A program made the translations under genes and the position numbers. From contig JARKSN010000151.1 in assembly GCA_029974275.1 (NCBI GenBank), positions 1 to 63,417 of the forward strand: a DNA stretch of 63,417 nt, written 5' to 3'. The stretch comes from Candidatus Hydrogenedentota bacterium (GTDB lineage Bacteria; Hydrogenedentota; Hydrogenedentia; Hydrogenedentales; SLHB01). Below the pieces are notes generated by a model that searched no databases, was not told the origin of the DNA, and worked only from the letters and a program-made list of their open reading frames with translations. This document shows, one piece after another, positions 29,221 to 41,345 of the stretch (its first letter is position 1; the number at the start of each line of letters is the position of its first letter).

Positions 29221-30234
29221 TTACATGGTTTTGCCCATGACGGCCAAGAGGGGCCGGAGGGCTTCCATCAACTGCTCGAACCGTTTGGGTTTCAACGATT
29301 GCGGCCCATCCGAAAAAGCCTCTTCGGGGCGCGGGTGCACCTCGAGCATCAATCCATCGGCCCCGCACGCCACCGCCGCGCACGACATCGGCGTCACAAG
29401 GTCCCAGTGGCCGGTTCCGTGGCTAGGGTCGACCACCACCGGAAGATGGGTCAACTTCTTGAGCACCGGCACCGCGCTGAGATCGAGCGTGTTGCGCGTT
29501 TCCGTTTCGAAGGTGCGAATGCCGCGTTCGCACAAAATGACGTTGGGATTGCCTTCCGACATGATGTATTCCGCCGACATGAGCAGTTCGTTGATCGTCG
29601 ACATCATGCCGCGCTTCAAAAACACGGGTCTGCGAGCGCGGCCGACAGCCTTCAGCAGCCCATAATTCTGCATGTTGCGCGCGCCAATCTGAAGCATGTC
29701 CGCGTGCTCTTCGACCAGCGGCACCTGTTCCGGCGTCATGACTTCCGTGACGAACGGAAGCCCGGTGATCTGGCTGGCTTCCTGAAGCAGGTGCAAGCCT
29801 TCCTCTTCAAGGCCTTGGAAACTGTACGGAGACGTGCGCGGCTTGTAGGCCCCGCCCCGAAGCATCTGGGCGCCCGATGCCTTGACCAAATTGGCCGTTT
29901 CGATGATTTGTTCGCGCGATTCGACCGAACACGGGCCCGCAACCACGGCGAATTTGTCTTTGCCGAATTTCGCCGGCCCGACCTCGATAACCGTGTCTTC
30001 TTGCTTGAGCTCGCGTCCGGCCAGTTTGAAGGGCTTGAGAATCGGCACGACCTGTTCGACGCCCGGCATCGACTCGAGCGATTGCAGACGCATCTTGCCG
30101 CGATCGTCGCCCACGGCGCCGATGACCGTGCGTTCGACGCCTTCGATGAGGTGAGCCTGGTACCCGAGTTCTTCGACTTTCGCGACGACCCGCTTGATGT
30201 CCTCGGGTTCGCGGGATGACATTACGATAATCAT
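29221..30234 (-). CDS. aroF: DAHP synthase, type I-beta with N-terminal regulatory domain
   Basis: [58 protein letters not shown]. Confidence 0.96.
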   Translation of the reverse strand: MIIVMSSREPEDIKRVVAKVEELGYQAHLIEGVERTVIGAVGDDRGKMRLQSLESMPGVEQVVPILKPFKLAGRELKQEDTVIEVGPAKFGKDKFAVVAGPCSVESREQIIETANLVKASGAQMLRGGAYKPRTSPYSFQGLEEEGLHLLQEASQITGLPFVTEVMTPEQVPLVEEHADMLQIGARNMQNYGLLKAVGRARRPVFLKRGMMSTINELLMSAEYIMSEGNPNVILCERGIRTFETETRNTLDLSAVPVLKKLTHLPVVVDPSHGTGHWDLVTPMSCAAVACGADGLMLEVHPRPEEAFSDGPQSLKPKRFEQLMEALRPLLAVMGKTM

Positions 30235-30344
30235 GTAAAAAAGGTCCCTTCGCCACCCTCGTGCCGGAAAAAACGCTTTTTGAAACAGAGGGAAAGTATA
30301 CCCGTCGCGTTCCCGTGATGCAAAACGCGCGCGTGGCGACGGAC

Positions 30345-31268
30345 TTATGCGGCTCCCAAGAATGCGAGCAGGTTGTCAACGGCTCCGTCGACGGCCCGGT
30401 CGACGCTTTCGTCGGTGAAACCGCCGATGTGGGGCGTCGCGACGACGCGGTCGTGGCGGATGAGCGGGTCGTCCTTGGGAGGTTCCGTGTCGAATACGTC
30501 GAAAGCGGCGCCGGCCACGTGGCCGTTGTCCAGCATGACGCCCAAAGCGGCTTTGTCGATCAAATCGGCCCGGGCCGTATTGATGACGAGGACGCCGCGT
30601 TTGGTCTTGGCGAGGGCGCTGGCGTCCAGCAAGGGCTTGCCGCAAGAAGGGCTATGCAACGTGAGGATGTCGGATTGCGCCAAAACATCCGCGAGGGGCG
30701 CATAGCGGAACGCAGGCGACGGATGAAAGGCAGGGTCAGGGGCGATGTCATACCCGAGAACCGTCATGCCGAAATGCGTGGCGATGCGGGCGACGTCGCG
30801 CCCGATGACGCCGCATCCGATGACGCCCAATGTGCGACCGATGATCTCGACGCCTTTGCGGCGCTCCCAGCCGCCTTTTTTGATGCCCGCATCGCTGTAG
30901 GGAATCCATCGGGCAAGGGATAACATCAGGCCGAAGGTCAATTCGACGACCCCGCGGGCATTGGCCCCGGCGGCGCGCAGCACGGCGATGTCGAGGCGTT
31001 TGGCGGCGGCAAGATCGATGTTGTCAATGCCGGTTCCGTTCCGGCTGATGACCTTCAAGCGGGCAGCCGCTTCGAGCGCACGCGCCGAGACAGGCTCGAC
31101 GCCGGCAAGATATCCGACGCAGTCTGGCAGCAGCCGGACAAGTTCCTCTTCCGAAGGTTGGGCTCCGGGGGTTGAAAAAACGATCTCGTGACCGGCCGCC
31201 TCCAATTTGGCGAGGGAGGGATGACCGTTCTTGGTGACCGAGCGCGGCGTGACAAGTATCCTGGCCAT
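30345..31268 (-). CDS. D-isomer-specific 2-hydroxyacid dehydrogenase (PGDH-like, short)
   Basis: [40 protein letters not shown]. Confidence 0.9.
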   Translation of the reverse strand: MARILVTPRSVTKNGHPSLAKLEAAGHEIVFSTPGAQPSEEELVRLLPDCVGYLAGVEPVSARALEAAARLKVISRNGTGIDNIDLAAAKRLDIAVLRAAGANARGVVELTFGLMLSLARWIPYSDAGIKKGGWERRKGVEIIGRTLGVIGCGVIGRDVARIATHFGMTVLGYDIAPDPAFHPSPAFRYAPLADVLAQSDILTLHSPSCGKPLLDASALAKTKRGVLVINTARADLIDKAALGVMLDNGHVAGAAFDVFDTEPPKDDPLIRHDRVVATPHIGGFTDESVDRAVDGAVDNLLAFLGAA

Positions 31269-31822
31269 TATGCGATGACCTCCTGGCCTCCTCGGAAAAA
31301 CACGCGTTTGGGAAAGCCTTCTCGTTCGATGTCGCCATAGTTGTGGCCGGCGTCGCCGGGATAGATGCACAGCGAGATGAGCGGTTCGTCGCCCGTGTTG
31401 ATGGAGCGGTGGGCCCAGTAGGGCGGCACATAGACAAGCCTGTTGCGCGCCATCGGCGCGGGAACGCACCCGCCCTCGGCGGTCTTCATGAGCATGTATC
31501 CTTTTCCTCGGAGGCAAAGATAGACCTCGGCCGTCTCGGCCACGGTGTGGTAATGCCCCTTGGTCATGAAGTATTCGTCGCCGACGCGGCCAGGATATAA
31601 TTTGCTGATGCAAAAGAGGAGATGTCCGTATTCGGCGGGAACGGCCTTTTCGAACACTTCATAGTGCACGGGATCGCCCGCGTCGATGAGGGCCTGGAGC
31701 GCGGCGCCATCGGCGTAATGGCCGAGCATGGCGGAGGCGCGGCGCACCACTACGCGATCGTGATCGCGCATGACGCCTTCCACAAGATCGATATCGACGC
31801 CAAAGGGTTGCATGTAGTCCAT
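31268..31822 (-). CDS. Cupin-type (archaeal-like) glucose-6-phosphate isomerase family
   Basis: PGRVGDEYFMTKGHYH, E.Y..L.G.G, YVPP.WAHRSINTG, AGH.Y. Confidence 0.9.
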   Translation of the reverse strand: MDYMQPFGVDIDLVEGVMRDHDRVVVRRASAMLGHYADGAALQALIDAGDPVHYEVFEKAVPAEYGHLLFCISKLYPGRVGDEYFMTKGHYHTVAETAEVYLCLRGKGYMLMKTAEGGCVPAPMARNRLVYVPPYWAHRSINTGDEPLISLCIYPGDAGHNYGDIEREGFPKRVFFRGGQEVIA

Positions 31823-31837
31823 GATGATCTCCTGACG

Positions 31838-32809
31838 TTAGCGGACGGACGCCGCGATAGCGGACAACTCGTCGAAAGCCGGACCAGACGCCGGGATGTC
31901 GATGTGGAACACCTCGGCAATCACGCGGGTCCAGCCGTGAATAAAGTATATCCAGCCGTCCTCGATCTTCAGGCCCCGGGCCTTTTCCTGGGCGCGCGCC
32001 TGATCGAGGAAGACAAGGTTGCCGCGATAGTTGAAGTCCCAGGCATAGCCCCCTTCCGGAAAGACCGCCGCGTCGGTCAACGGCGATCCCGGCGCGTCCT
32101 TGCCGAGGCCCGTGGCATTGACGACGAGGGAGCCGGGCTTGAGCGTGGCGCAGAGACGATCGTTGTCTTCCGGATGCGGGCAGTGGTGATACTCGACAGA
32201 AATGCCCGGGTTGGTTTTTGCGTGAATGTGTTTCATTTCCGCAAGACGGGGTTCGCTGCGATTGGAAACGACGATGCGGGCCGGACGATTGCCCGGAGCG
32301 CAGGTCTCCATGAGGTAGCACGTCAAGGCGATAGACGATCCCCCCGCTCCGAGGACAAAAAGCTCGGCCCCTGTCGCGGCCCAGTAGTTCTCCGGCAGAA
32401 ACGCGGCGAGGCTCAAACCGCTGGTGATAGGGTCTTTCGCGTGACCGGCCAGTTTGGCCCCCTGCTTGGAAATCGAACTGATCTCGCCCATCAACTGCGC
32501 ATACGGGTCAAGCGCGTCGAATAAATCGCGCGTCGCCGCGAGCAGGTCGATCTTGTGCGTCGTGACAAGCGCCCCCAGCGACAAGGGATCGGACTTGATG
32601 AAGGAAACCACGTTGCGGTACACGGCGGCATCGTCGTGCCATTTGCAGTCGATGCCGACGATATGCTCGCTGATGCCCAGACGACGGGCCCATGCGGGAA
32701 ATACGCGCATGATGGAAGACTTCCCCGTCGTCACCCCTATGAAGTACATCGTCGGTTCGTTGGCCTGCGGAAATCGCAAGTCAGCGGTTGCGCAGAAGGC
32801 GTTTGACAT
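31838..32809 (-). CDS. Divergent shikimate-dehydrogenase (AroE)-fold oxidoreductase
   Basis: GALVTTHK, LGAGG, NRS, VVNATGLG, WDFNY, DGW..F; lacks canonical SxS/TxPxK/N-T-D spacing. Confidence 0.75.
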   Translation of the reverse strand: MSNAFCATADLRFPQANEPTMYFIGVTTGKSSIMRVFPAWARRLGISEHIVGIDCKWHDDAAVYRNVVSFIKSDPLSLGALVTTHKIDLLAATRDLFDALDPYAQLMGEISSISKQGAKLAGHAKDPITSGLSLAAFLPENYWAATGAELFVLGAGGSSIALTCYLMETCAPGNRPARIVVSNRSEPRLAEMKHIHAKTNPGISVEYHHCPHPEDNDRLCATLKPGSLVVNATGLGKDAPGSPLTDAAVFPEGGYAWDFNYRGNLVFLDQARAQEKARGLKIEDGWIYFIHGWTRVIAEVFHIDIPASGPAFDELSAIAASVR

Positions 32810-32845
32810 ACAGCGGTCCCTTCGGTTGTCGGCGTGCGACAGGTT

Positions 32846-34357
32846 TCATTGCCCCTTCTCGAGGAGGGCCAACATTTCTTCATACTTGACGAGACGCGAG
32901 ACGTAGTAGGCGGCCATGGCTTTGCGCGGACGAACCGCCTTCCGGATGCGAATCCACTTTCTCGCAGTCGCGGATAGATCGGAAAACAGGCCAACGCCGT
33001 AGCCTGCGACAAGGGCGGAACCCAGGGGAGCGCCTTCCGTTCGCTCGACGAGACCGACGGGGATTTGCTGCGCGTCCGCCTTGATGGCGTTCCAGACCGC
33101 GCTTCTATCGCCGCCGCCCGTCACGTGAAGCTTCTGGATGGCGGTGCGGCCGTACAGGTTCACCAGAAGCTTTCCATAGATTGCGTATTCGAGCGCGACC
33201 GACTCCAACACGGCGCGGTAAAGATGCGCGGCGGTGTGGCTCCACGATAGCCCCGTCCACGCGCCGCGCAACCCGGGTTGGCTTGGACAAACGCGCCCGC
33301 CCAAATGCGGCGCAAACAGCGGAACCTCTTCGCGAAGGTCCACGCGCGCGGCGAGTGCGTCCAGCCGGTCAAGGGAGAGGGCTTTGCGGCGCTTGCCGCC
33401 GCCGCCTTCGGCGAGGAGCGCGCGGAACCATTCAAGATTCATCCCGCCGCCGTTGATGTAGGCATACGGATGCCAGAGCCCCGGCACGGCGGAGCGGCCA
33501 CAGCCCAGCGTGCGCGATTCCGTATCCGGGGCGAAGGTCCGAGTTGTTCCCGCAAACACGGACGCCGTGCCGGCCACATCCACGCAGACGCCTTCACGAA
33601 CGGCGCCGGCCGCCAAAAAACTCGCCGCCGTGTCGCCACACCCCGCGACGACAGGCGTGCCCGCTTTGGCGCCGCAAGCGCGCGCCATCGCGGGGGTTAG
33701 TTCGCCCACAAGGGCATTGGGGGCGACCACCGCCGCCAGCTTGGCAGGATCGAGGCGAAAGGCTTGGCACAAATCGGCGTCCCAACGAGCGGCGCGGTTG
33801 TCCGCGAAGCCGCTGAAATGCAGATAGGTCGTATCGATGAAAGCGCGGGAAGCGTCCAACCCGCACAGGCGCATCGCCGCATACGCTCCCGGTTGCACGA
33901 ACGACGCGATGGTTCGATACACCGTCTTGCGTTCGTGCATCCACCACAAAATTTTGGGACCATGATTGAAACTGGGGGGGCAACCCGCTTTGCGGACGAT
34001 CTCATCGCCGGCTTTGCGTTCCATCTGGGCGATATACGGGGCGCAGCGCGTATCGAGCCAGGAGTCGTAATGGGTGACGTGACGGCCCGCGGCGTTAATG
34101 CCAATCACGCCCGCCATTTGCCCGTCAATGCCAATGCCCTTGATGGAAGCGGCATCGACGCCGGCCTTTTTGATGCAGGAACGGATGGTTTGGCGCACGG
34201 AGCGCACCTGCCGCTCCGGGTCTTCTTCCACCACGCCCGGCTTGGGACGATGAAGCTCGGATGGACAGAACGCCTGCGCCAGGGTTTCGCCCCGCTCGGA
34301 AAACAGCGCCGCTTTCGTCCCTTGCGTTCCGATGTCGACCCCAATGACGGTTCTCAT
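32846..34357 (-). CDS. FGGY-family carbohydrate kinase (xylulokinase-like)
   Basis: IGVDIGTQGTKA, DGQM, W.D.R, G.GD, GT, P.L.G...P, GGG..S..W..I.AD. Confidence 0.92.
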   Translation of the reverse strand: MRTVIGVDIGTQGTKAALFSERGETLAQAFCPSELHRPKPGVVEEDPERQVRSVRQTIRSCIKKAGVDAASIKGIGIDGQMAGVIGINAAGRHVTHYDSWLDTRCAPYIAQMERKAGDEIVRKAGCPPSFNHGPKILWWMHERKTVYRTIASFVQPGAYAAMRLCGLDASRAFIDTTYLHFSGFADNRAARWDADLCQAFRLDPAKLAAVVAPNALVGELTPAMARACGAKAGTPVVAGCGDTAASFLAAGAVREGVCVDVAGTASVFAGTTRTFAPDTESRTLGCGRSAVPGLWHPYAYINGGGMNLEWFRALLAEGGGGKRRKALSLDRLDALAARVDLREEVPLFAPHLGGRVCPSQPGLRGAWTGLSWSHTAAHLYRAVLESVALEYAIYGKLLVNLYGRTAIQKLHVTGGGDRSAVWNAIKADAQQIPVGLVERTEGAPLGSALVAGYGVGLFSDLSATARKWIRIRKAVRPRKAMAAYYVSRLVKYEEMLALLEKGQ

Positions 34358-34382
34358 GTGCGTACGCTCCGTCGGCCTGATG

Positions 34383-35435
34383 CTACGGTTGCCGCTGGAT
34401 AACCACTTTCATGGCCTGTCCGTGGAGCGCCTTTTCGAAAGCGCTGGCCATGTCGTTCATGTCAAAGGTGTGCGAAACCACGCTGGACACGTCGACGCTG
34501 CCATCGAGAATCAGGCCAAGCGCCGTGCGAAAATGGCACGGAGCGCCGCCGGTTACGCCGGTAACCACGAGATTCTTGTAATGAATCAGGTTGGCGTCCA
34601 CGCGGATACAGGGCCGGTCCTTCGGAAGTCCGCCAAAAAAACACACGCGTCCAAATGGAGCCAGCAGTCCCAGACTCTGTTCTTGGACAGCGGGCACGGA
34701 GCAAGCCGTGATGATGACATCCGCGCCCCGTCCTTCGGTAAGGCGCATCACGGTCTCGGCGACGTCGCACCGTCCAGGATCGATGAGATGCTCGATGCCT
34801 ACGCGCGCCGCCTGATCCAAACGGTCGGGCTGCGTGTCGATCACCGCAACGGTCCCCGCTCCGGAATGGCGGGCCAGCATGGCGTGCATCAGGCCGATTG
34901 GCCCGGCGCCGAATATCAGGACGGTCTCGCCTGGCTGTATGCTGACGGAACGGTTGCCGTTCACGACGCAGGAGAGCGGTTCGATGAGGGCCGCGTGGAC
35001 AAACGGCATATCGGGCGGCAAGGGAAACACGCTTCCTTGTTGGATGCTGGCATGGGGGATTCGCACATACTCCGCGTGGGCCCCGTCCATGTTGATGCCG
35101 AAGGCGCTGTAGTCGGGGCACATGTTGAATAGGCCCTTGGCGCACATCGAACATCGGGAACAGCCAATGTTCGGAGCAACCCCGACGCGCATTCCGATCG
35201 GAAAGAGGTCCGCCGCTTTCGGGCCGGCCTGCGCCACCACGCCGGCGAACTCGTGACCGAGAACAACCCTCTGTCCATCCCTGAGCTTGCGCTGACCGCT
35301 CTGAATAATGCGCAGATCGGTGCCGCAAATAGACGACGCCATGACGCGAACCAGGAGTTCATCGTCGCCAATGGCGGGGATGGGAATGTCTTGGATTTTG
35401 TAGCCCGCGTTCTGGGTATAGGTGGCGGCAATCAT
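34383..35435 (-). CDS. Zn-dependent polyol/alcohol dehydrogenase (MDR)
   Basis: ICGTD, LGHEFAG, CSRCSMC..G..N.C, EPLSC, GAGPIG. Confidence 0.92.
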   Translation of the reverse strand: MIAATYTQNAGYKIQDIPIPAIGDDELLVRVMASSICGTDLRIIQSGQRKLRDGQRVVLGHEFAGVVAQAGPKAADLFPIGMRVGVAPNIGCSRCSMCAKGLFNMCPDYSAFGINMDGAHAEYVRIPHASIQQGSVFPLPPDMPFVHAALIEPLSCVVNGNRSVSIQPGETVLIFGAGPIGLMHAMLARHSGAGTVAVIDTQPDRLDQAARVGIEHLIDPGRCDVAETVMRLTEGRGADVIITACSVPAVQEQSLGLLAPFGRVCFFGGLPKDRPCIRVDANLIHYKNLVVTGVTGGAPCHFRTALGLILDGSVDVSSVVSHTFDMNDMASAFEKALHGQAMKVVIQRQP

Positions 35436-36478
35436 GTGGTCACCGTCACCGGTTCGCCGGATTGTATGGAACGGTTCGCGGCGACCACCGCCGCCACGGC
35501 CTGGAGACCGTCTTGGCCGCTCACAGAAGGGCTCTCGTCCCGCTCTAGGCACGCGATGAAATGCTCCAACTCGGAGACGTATGCATCTTTGAACAAATCC
35601 CGCCAACTTTGCACCGCGTCGGCGTAGACGGTTCCCTTTCCGGTAACCGTGACATCATCGACCGTGACCTTCGAGAATCCCGGTTTCACCGTCGATCCGA
35701 TGAAAAGGGCTCCCCGCTCGCAAAGGACCTCGACCCGGGCGTCATACCCATAATGAGCGGGACACGTGCCGTCGATGCTGCCGATAGCCCCGTTGGCGAA
35801 TCGGAGACTCACGAGGGCATTGTCGTAGAAGTCGGGAAAATCGCTCTTGGCGTCCGGGCACTTGAAGTTGGCGGCTTCGGCATACACGCGAACGATGTCG
35901 CTGCCTGCCAGCCAGCGGACCGAGTCAAAGTCGTGGCTGTTGACCTCGGCCAAAATGCCGTTGCTCTTGCCGATGTCATAGATCCAGGGCGGCGGCAACC
36001 CCGGCCCGCGGCCTGTGGACTTGATGATCATGACGCGACCCATGTCGCCGCTGTCGAGGATGGCCTTGGCCCGCAGGAAGCCTTCGCTGAAACGCCGCAT
36101 GAAGCCCAACTGAAGCTTAACGCCATTCTGGGACGCCGCCTCGTTGATCGCGCGGCATTCGGCCACGGTGATGGCCATGGGTTTTTCCAAAAAGACGTGC
36201 TTTTTGCGATCCGCCGCCGCACAGGCGATGGGACAATGGAGAAACGTGGGCGTCACGATGATAACGGCGTCGACGCACGGATCGGCCACGGCTTCCCGGT
36301 AATCCGTATACAACGCCGTCACCCCAAGCTCATCGCCGGCCTGTTTCAGGGCGTCCAAATTGGCGTCGCACAGCGCCGTCATTTCGGCATTCATGATGCG
36401 TCGCGTCACGTTGCGGGCATGGACCATGCCGGCGCGTCCCACGCCGACCAGACAGAATCGCGTACTCGGTTTGGCCAC
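35432..36478 (-). CDS. Gfo/Idh/MocA oxidoreductase (inositol 2-dehydrogenase-like)
   Basis: G.GRAG..H, DAV.I.TPT..H, EKP, GFMRRF, HDFD..RW, YGYD.R.EV; GTG start after AGAGGGGGGA. Confidence 0.9.
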   Translation of the reverse strand: MAKPSTRFCLVGVGRAGMVHARNVTRRIMNAEMTALCDANLDALKQAGDELGVTALYTDYREAVADPCVDAVIIVTPTFLHCPIACAAADRKKHVFLEKPMAITVAECRAINEAASQNGVKLQLGFMRRFSEGFLRAKAILDSGDMGRVMIIKSTGRGPGLPPPWIYDIGKSNGILAEVNSHDFDSVRWLAGSDIVRVYAEAANFKCPDAKSDFPDFYDNALVSLRFANGAIGSIDGTCPAHYGYDARVEVLCERGALFIGSTVKPGFSKVTVDDVTVTGKGTVYADAVQSWRDLFKDAYVSELEHFIACLERDESPSVSGQDGLQAVAAVVAANRSIQSGEPVTVTT

Positions 36479-36669
36479 AGTCCCCCCTCTTGCATGAAGC
36501 GTCCGTTTATCACGCAGCGCCATTCGTTCCATTATACGTTTGTTCGAACATTCTGTCAATGCGGCGGCAATGGGGGATTCCGCGCTCCGCCCTGCGCTTG
36601 GGTGGACCGTGGGCCGTGCGCTATACTGGCCACTCTCCAAAACAGAAAAAGCAACTCAGGAGTGAAGGC

Positions 36670-37617
36670 ATGGAAAGCGTCATCATTGTCGGTTCGGGGC
36701 CAGCGGCGCATACGGCGGCGTTGTACGCAGCGCGGGCGAACCTCGCCCCGTTGGTGTTCGAAGGCGAACTGAGCAGAGACATTCTGCCGGGCGGCCAACT
36801 CATGACGACCACCGAGATCGAGAATTTCCCTGGATTTCCGGAGGGCGTCACGGGGCCGAAATTGATGGACAACCTCCGCGCGCAAACGCTTCGTTTTGGC
36901 GCGAACATCCTGCCGCGAACGGTTACGGCGCTTGACCTTTCGCGGCGCCCGTTTGTCGTAATGTCCGGCGAGGATCGGTGGGAAACGAAGGCGCTTATCA
37001 TCGCGACCGGCGCAACGGCGAAGTATCTTGGCCTGCCGTCGGAAGAGAAGTACCTGAATCGAGGCGTGTCGGCATGCGCGACGTGCGACGGCGCCTTGCC
37101 GCGCTTCCGCAACAAGCCGCTGGTCGTTGTGGGAGGCGGCGATACGGCGATGGAAGAGGCGCTGTTCCTCACGGCGTTTGCCAGCCAGGTGCACGTCGTG
37201 CACCGCCGCGATCAGTTCCGCGCAAGCAAAATCATGGGCGATCGCGTGATGAAGCATCCGAAGATCGTGGTGGAGTGGAATTCCATTCCCGACGAGGTGC
37301 TGGGCACGGACGCGGAAGGCGTGACGGGCGTGCGGCTCAAGGATGTGCGCACGGGCGAGACACGGGAGATTGCGTGCGTGGGGTATTTCGCCGCCATCGG
37401 CCACAAGCCCAACAGCGATCTCGTCGCGGGCGCGCTCGACATGGACGAGCAAGGTTATCTCAAGACCGTGCCGGGCTCCTCGCGCACGAACATCGAAGGC
37501 GTCTTCGCCGCGGGCGACGTTCAGGACAAGGTGTATCGCCAGGCCATCACCGCTGCAGGCTCCGGCTGCATGGCCGCCATCGACTGTACGCGATGGCTGG
37601 AGAGTCAAGAAGGATAA
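36670..37617 (+). CDS. trxB: Thioredoxin reductase
   Basis: GSGPA..TAALY, GGQL..TTEIEN.PGF, GVSACATCDG, GGGD.AMEEA, HRRD, AGDV.D..YRQA.TAAG.G. Confidence 0.97.
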   Translation: MESVIIVGSGPAAHTAALYAARANLAPLVFEGELSRDILPGGQLMTTTEIENFPGFPEGVTGPKLMDNLRAQTLRFGANILPRTVTALDLSRRPFVVMSGEDRWETKALIIATGATAKYLGLPSEEKYLNRGVSACATCDGALPRFRNKPLVVVGGGDTAMEEALFLTAFASQVHVVHRRDQFRASKIMGDRVMKHPKIVVEWNSIPDEVLGTDAEGVTGVRLKDVRTGETREIACVGYFAAIGHKPNSDLVAGALDMDEQGYLKTVPGSSRTNIEGVFAAGDVQDKVYRQAITAAGSGCMAAIDCTRWLESQEG

Positions 37618-37686
37618 GCAGAGAAGCGAGCCGGGAAATCTCGGTAGAGAAGAACGTTTCCCGGAGCGGCGCGAGGAAAAGCCCGC

Positions 37687-39060
37687 ATGAACCGGCCATT
37701 GCCGTCGTTGATAGACAAGGTCCGCGCGACGATTCGGCGTCATGCGATGGCGGAGCCGGGTCTGCGCGTATTGGCGGCCGTTTCGGGCGGTCCGGATTCG
37801 ACGTGCTTGTTTCATGCGCTTCGCGAACTTGGGTGCGTTGTGGAAGTGGCGCATTTCGATCATCAGACGCGCGACGGGGGCAGCGCCGAGGATGCGGCGT
37901 TTGTGCGAGAGCTGGCGCAGAAAGCCGGCGCGCCGTTTCACGAGGGTTCGGAGCCGGTCGCGGCGATTGCGAGACGCATGGGCAGTTCCTTTGAGGTCTG
38001 TGCGCGCGAAAGACGCTATGCCTTTCTCAAGCGGACGGCCGTAGAGGCCGGCATCGAGGCGATCGCCACGGGCCATCACGCCGACGATCTTGCCGAGACC
38101 GTGTTGATGCGCCTGATGCGCGGGACCGCGCCTGCGGGGTTGGCGGGAATACCGCCCGTGCGGCGCGATGGCCCTGTCCGGATTGTGCGTCCGTTGTTGG
38201 ATTGTTCTCGCGCGGACATTCTGCGGTATCTGGAAACGCGCGGCATCCCGTACCGCACGGACGAGTCGAACCAGGACGTCCGTTTCTTGCGCAATCGAGT
38301 TCGCCACGAGCTGCTGCCTCTGCTGGAGCGTCAGTACAATCCTACTGTCCGCGATGGACTGGTTCGCCTGGCCGGCATTCAGCGCGACGAAAATCTCCTC
38401 CTCGATGCGATGGGGCGCGAACTGCTGGAAGCGTGCCGAAAAGGAGGCGCGGATCTGCATCGGCAGCCGTTCCGGGACGCTCCGCCGGCGCTGCAACGGC
38501 GGGCGCTGGCTTTGTTTTGTTACGAAACGGGCGCCGCGTGCGCCTATGCCACGATCGAGAAGGCGCGTCGTTTGATCGTGGAAGGCCATGCGGGCCAAGC
38601 GTGCGATCTCGGCAACGGTTTCCTGTTGCGCAACGCCAGGCGCACGGCGTCCATCGACCGCACGATTCCAGACGAAAAAGGCGAAGTGGCGCTTGCGGTT
38701 CCAGGCGAAACATGGGCGTGGGGCCGTCGCTATTGCGTTCAACCGCTTGAGACGTTCCCTCGATTGCCGTGGAAAACGTATTGCACGCCCAGCAGACAAG
38801 TGTTCGATGCGGACAAGATTTCCGGGGCGCTGCATGTGCGCCGCCGCCGCGACGGCGATCGGTTTTCGCCTCTGGGCATGCAAGGCGCGACAAAGCTCAA
38901 AGACTATTTGATCGGCCTGGGCATGCCTCGCGCCGAGCGCGGCGCGTTGGACTTGTTGATTGCAGGCGATCGCATCGCGTGGGTCGTCGGACATGCCATA
39001 GACGGCCGGTTCTCCGTTACTTCCGAGACCGCACGGATCTTGCTGGTGACGGTAGAGTGA
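37687..39060 (+). CDS. tilS: tRNA(Ile)-lysidine synthetase
   Basis: AVSGGPDS, AR..RY, TGHH.DD.AET.L..L.RG, RPLL, D.SN...RNRVR, C-terminal GDRF.PLG..G..KL. Confidence 0.95.
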   Translation: MNRPLPSLIDKVRATIRRHAMAEPGLRVLAAVSGGPDSTCLFHALRELGCVVEVAHFDHQTRDGGSAEDAAFVRELAQKAGAPFHEGSEPVAAIARRMGSSFEVCARERRYAFLKRTAVEAGIEAIATGHHADDLAETVLMRLMRGTAPAGLAGIPPVRRDGPVRIVRPLLDCSRADILRYLETRGIPYRTDESNQDVRFLRNRVRHELLPLLERQYNPTVRDGLVRLAGIQRDENLLLDAMGRELLEACRKGGADLHRQPFRDAPPALQRRALALFCYETGAACAYATIEKARRLIVEGHAGQACDLGNGFLLRNARRTASIDRTIPDEKGEVALAVPGETWAWGRRYCVQPLETFPRLPWKTYCTPSRQVFDADKISGALHVRRRRDGDRFSPLGMQGATKLKDYLIGLGMPRAERGALDLLIAGDRIAWVVGHAIDGRFSVTSETARILLVTVE

Positions 39061-39099
39061 TCGGCAGGACGTCCGCACCCCACAGGTCTATCGGGCCGC

Positions 39100-39791
39100 T
39101 TATAGCATCATCAGAGCCATGTTTCGCCTTCCGTCGGGGTTGGCGCGGTGGGAGTGGAAACGACCGTCGGTGATGGTGCAGAGGGCGGCGATGTAAATGT
39201 GGACGTGGAGAAGACCTGCGGCATGAAGCTGTTGGGCGTTGGCGGCCCAGAGGTCAAGGCGGCGGCCATATGTGGGCAGCCCGGCGCGGGAGAAATCGTC
39301 GGCGATCTCTTGCGAGACCTCATACGCCTCGGGGCCGGCGCAAGGGCCGATGAGTGCGTGCAGGTTGGCGGGTTCCGCCCCATACGCGACGTGCATCGCG
39401 GCGACGGTTGCGCCGGAGATGTTCATGCGCGTGCCGACGCGTCCGGCGTGGACAATCCCGATTGCGCGCGATACAGGGTCGCAGAGGTAGACGGGCACGC
39501 AGTCCGCCACGAGCACGGCAACGGGCAATCCCGTAACATTCGTGATGAGCGCGTCGGCGTCGCCCAAGGCCGATTCCTTTTCGTGCGCGCCGCGACCTTT
39601 GTCTTCGGCCCAGGCTTGCAGCGCGGTCGCGCCGTGCACTTGCCGCACGGTGACGAGATCGCGCACATCAACGCCGCACCGAGCGCAGAACGCCGCGCGA
39701 TCGCCCCGGCTCGTCACGCCGCAATCGCCGTCGGACTTGTCCGAGAACGCAGCCACCGAGACACCGAGTCGCTCCAGCTCCTCGAAACGAA

Positions 39792-39795
<4 letters not shown>
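39100..39795 (-). CDS. pgeF: YfiH/PgeF family (purine nucleoside phosphorylase / peptidoglycan editing factor)
   Basis: QVHG, ADAL.T, VADCVPV, HAG..G, IGP.....YEV, CT....F.S.R. Confidence 0.9.
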
Positions 39796-41183
<1,388 letters not shown>

Positions 41184-41208
41184 GGGCTCGTCTCCTTTTG
41201 GGAAAGGC

Positions 41209-41335
41209 TCACCACGGAGACACAGAGGACACGGGGAAAACACAGAGGGAATACAGAAAGAACATAGAGGAAAATGGCCTTTCGTTTTTCTTTCTTCTCC
41301 GTGCTTTCTCCGTGTCCTCTGTGTCTCCGTGGTGA
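41209..41335. repeat. REP/MITE-like palindromic element with 39-bp arms built from 9-bp units
   Basis: TCACCACGGAGACACAGAGGACACGGGGAAAACACAGAG (41209-41247) versus its reverse complement at 41297-41335, 3 mismatches. Confidence 0.85.
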
Positions 41336-41345
41336 ATCTTCACTC

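Noticed and set aside
41209..41335. CRISPR array
   Set aside because: The repeats are inverted and have no unique spacers; there are no cas genes in the window
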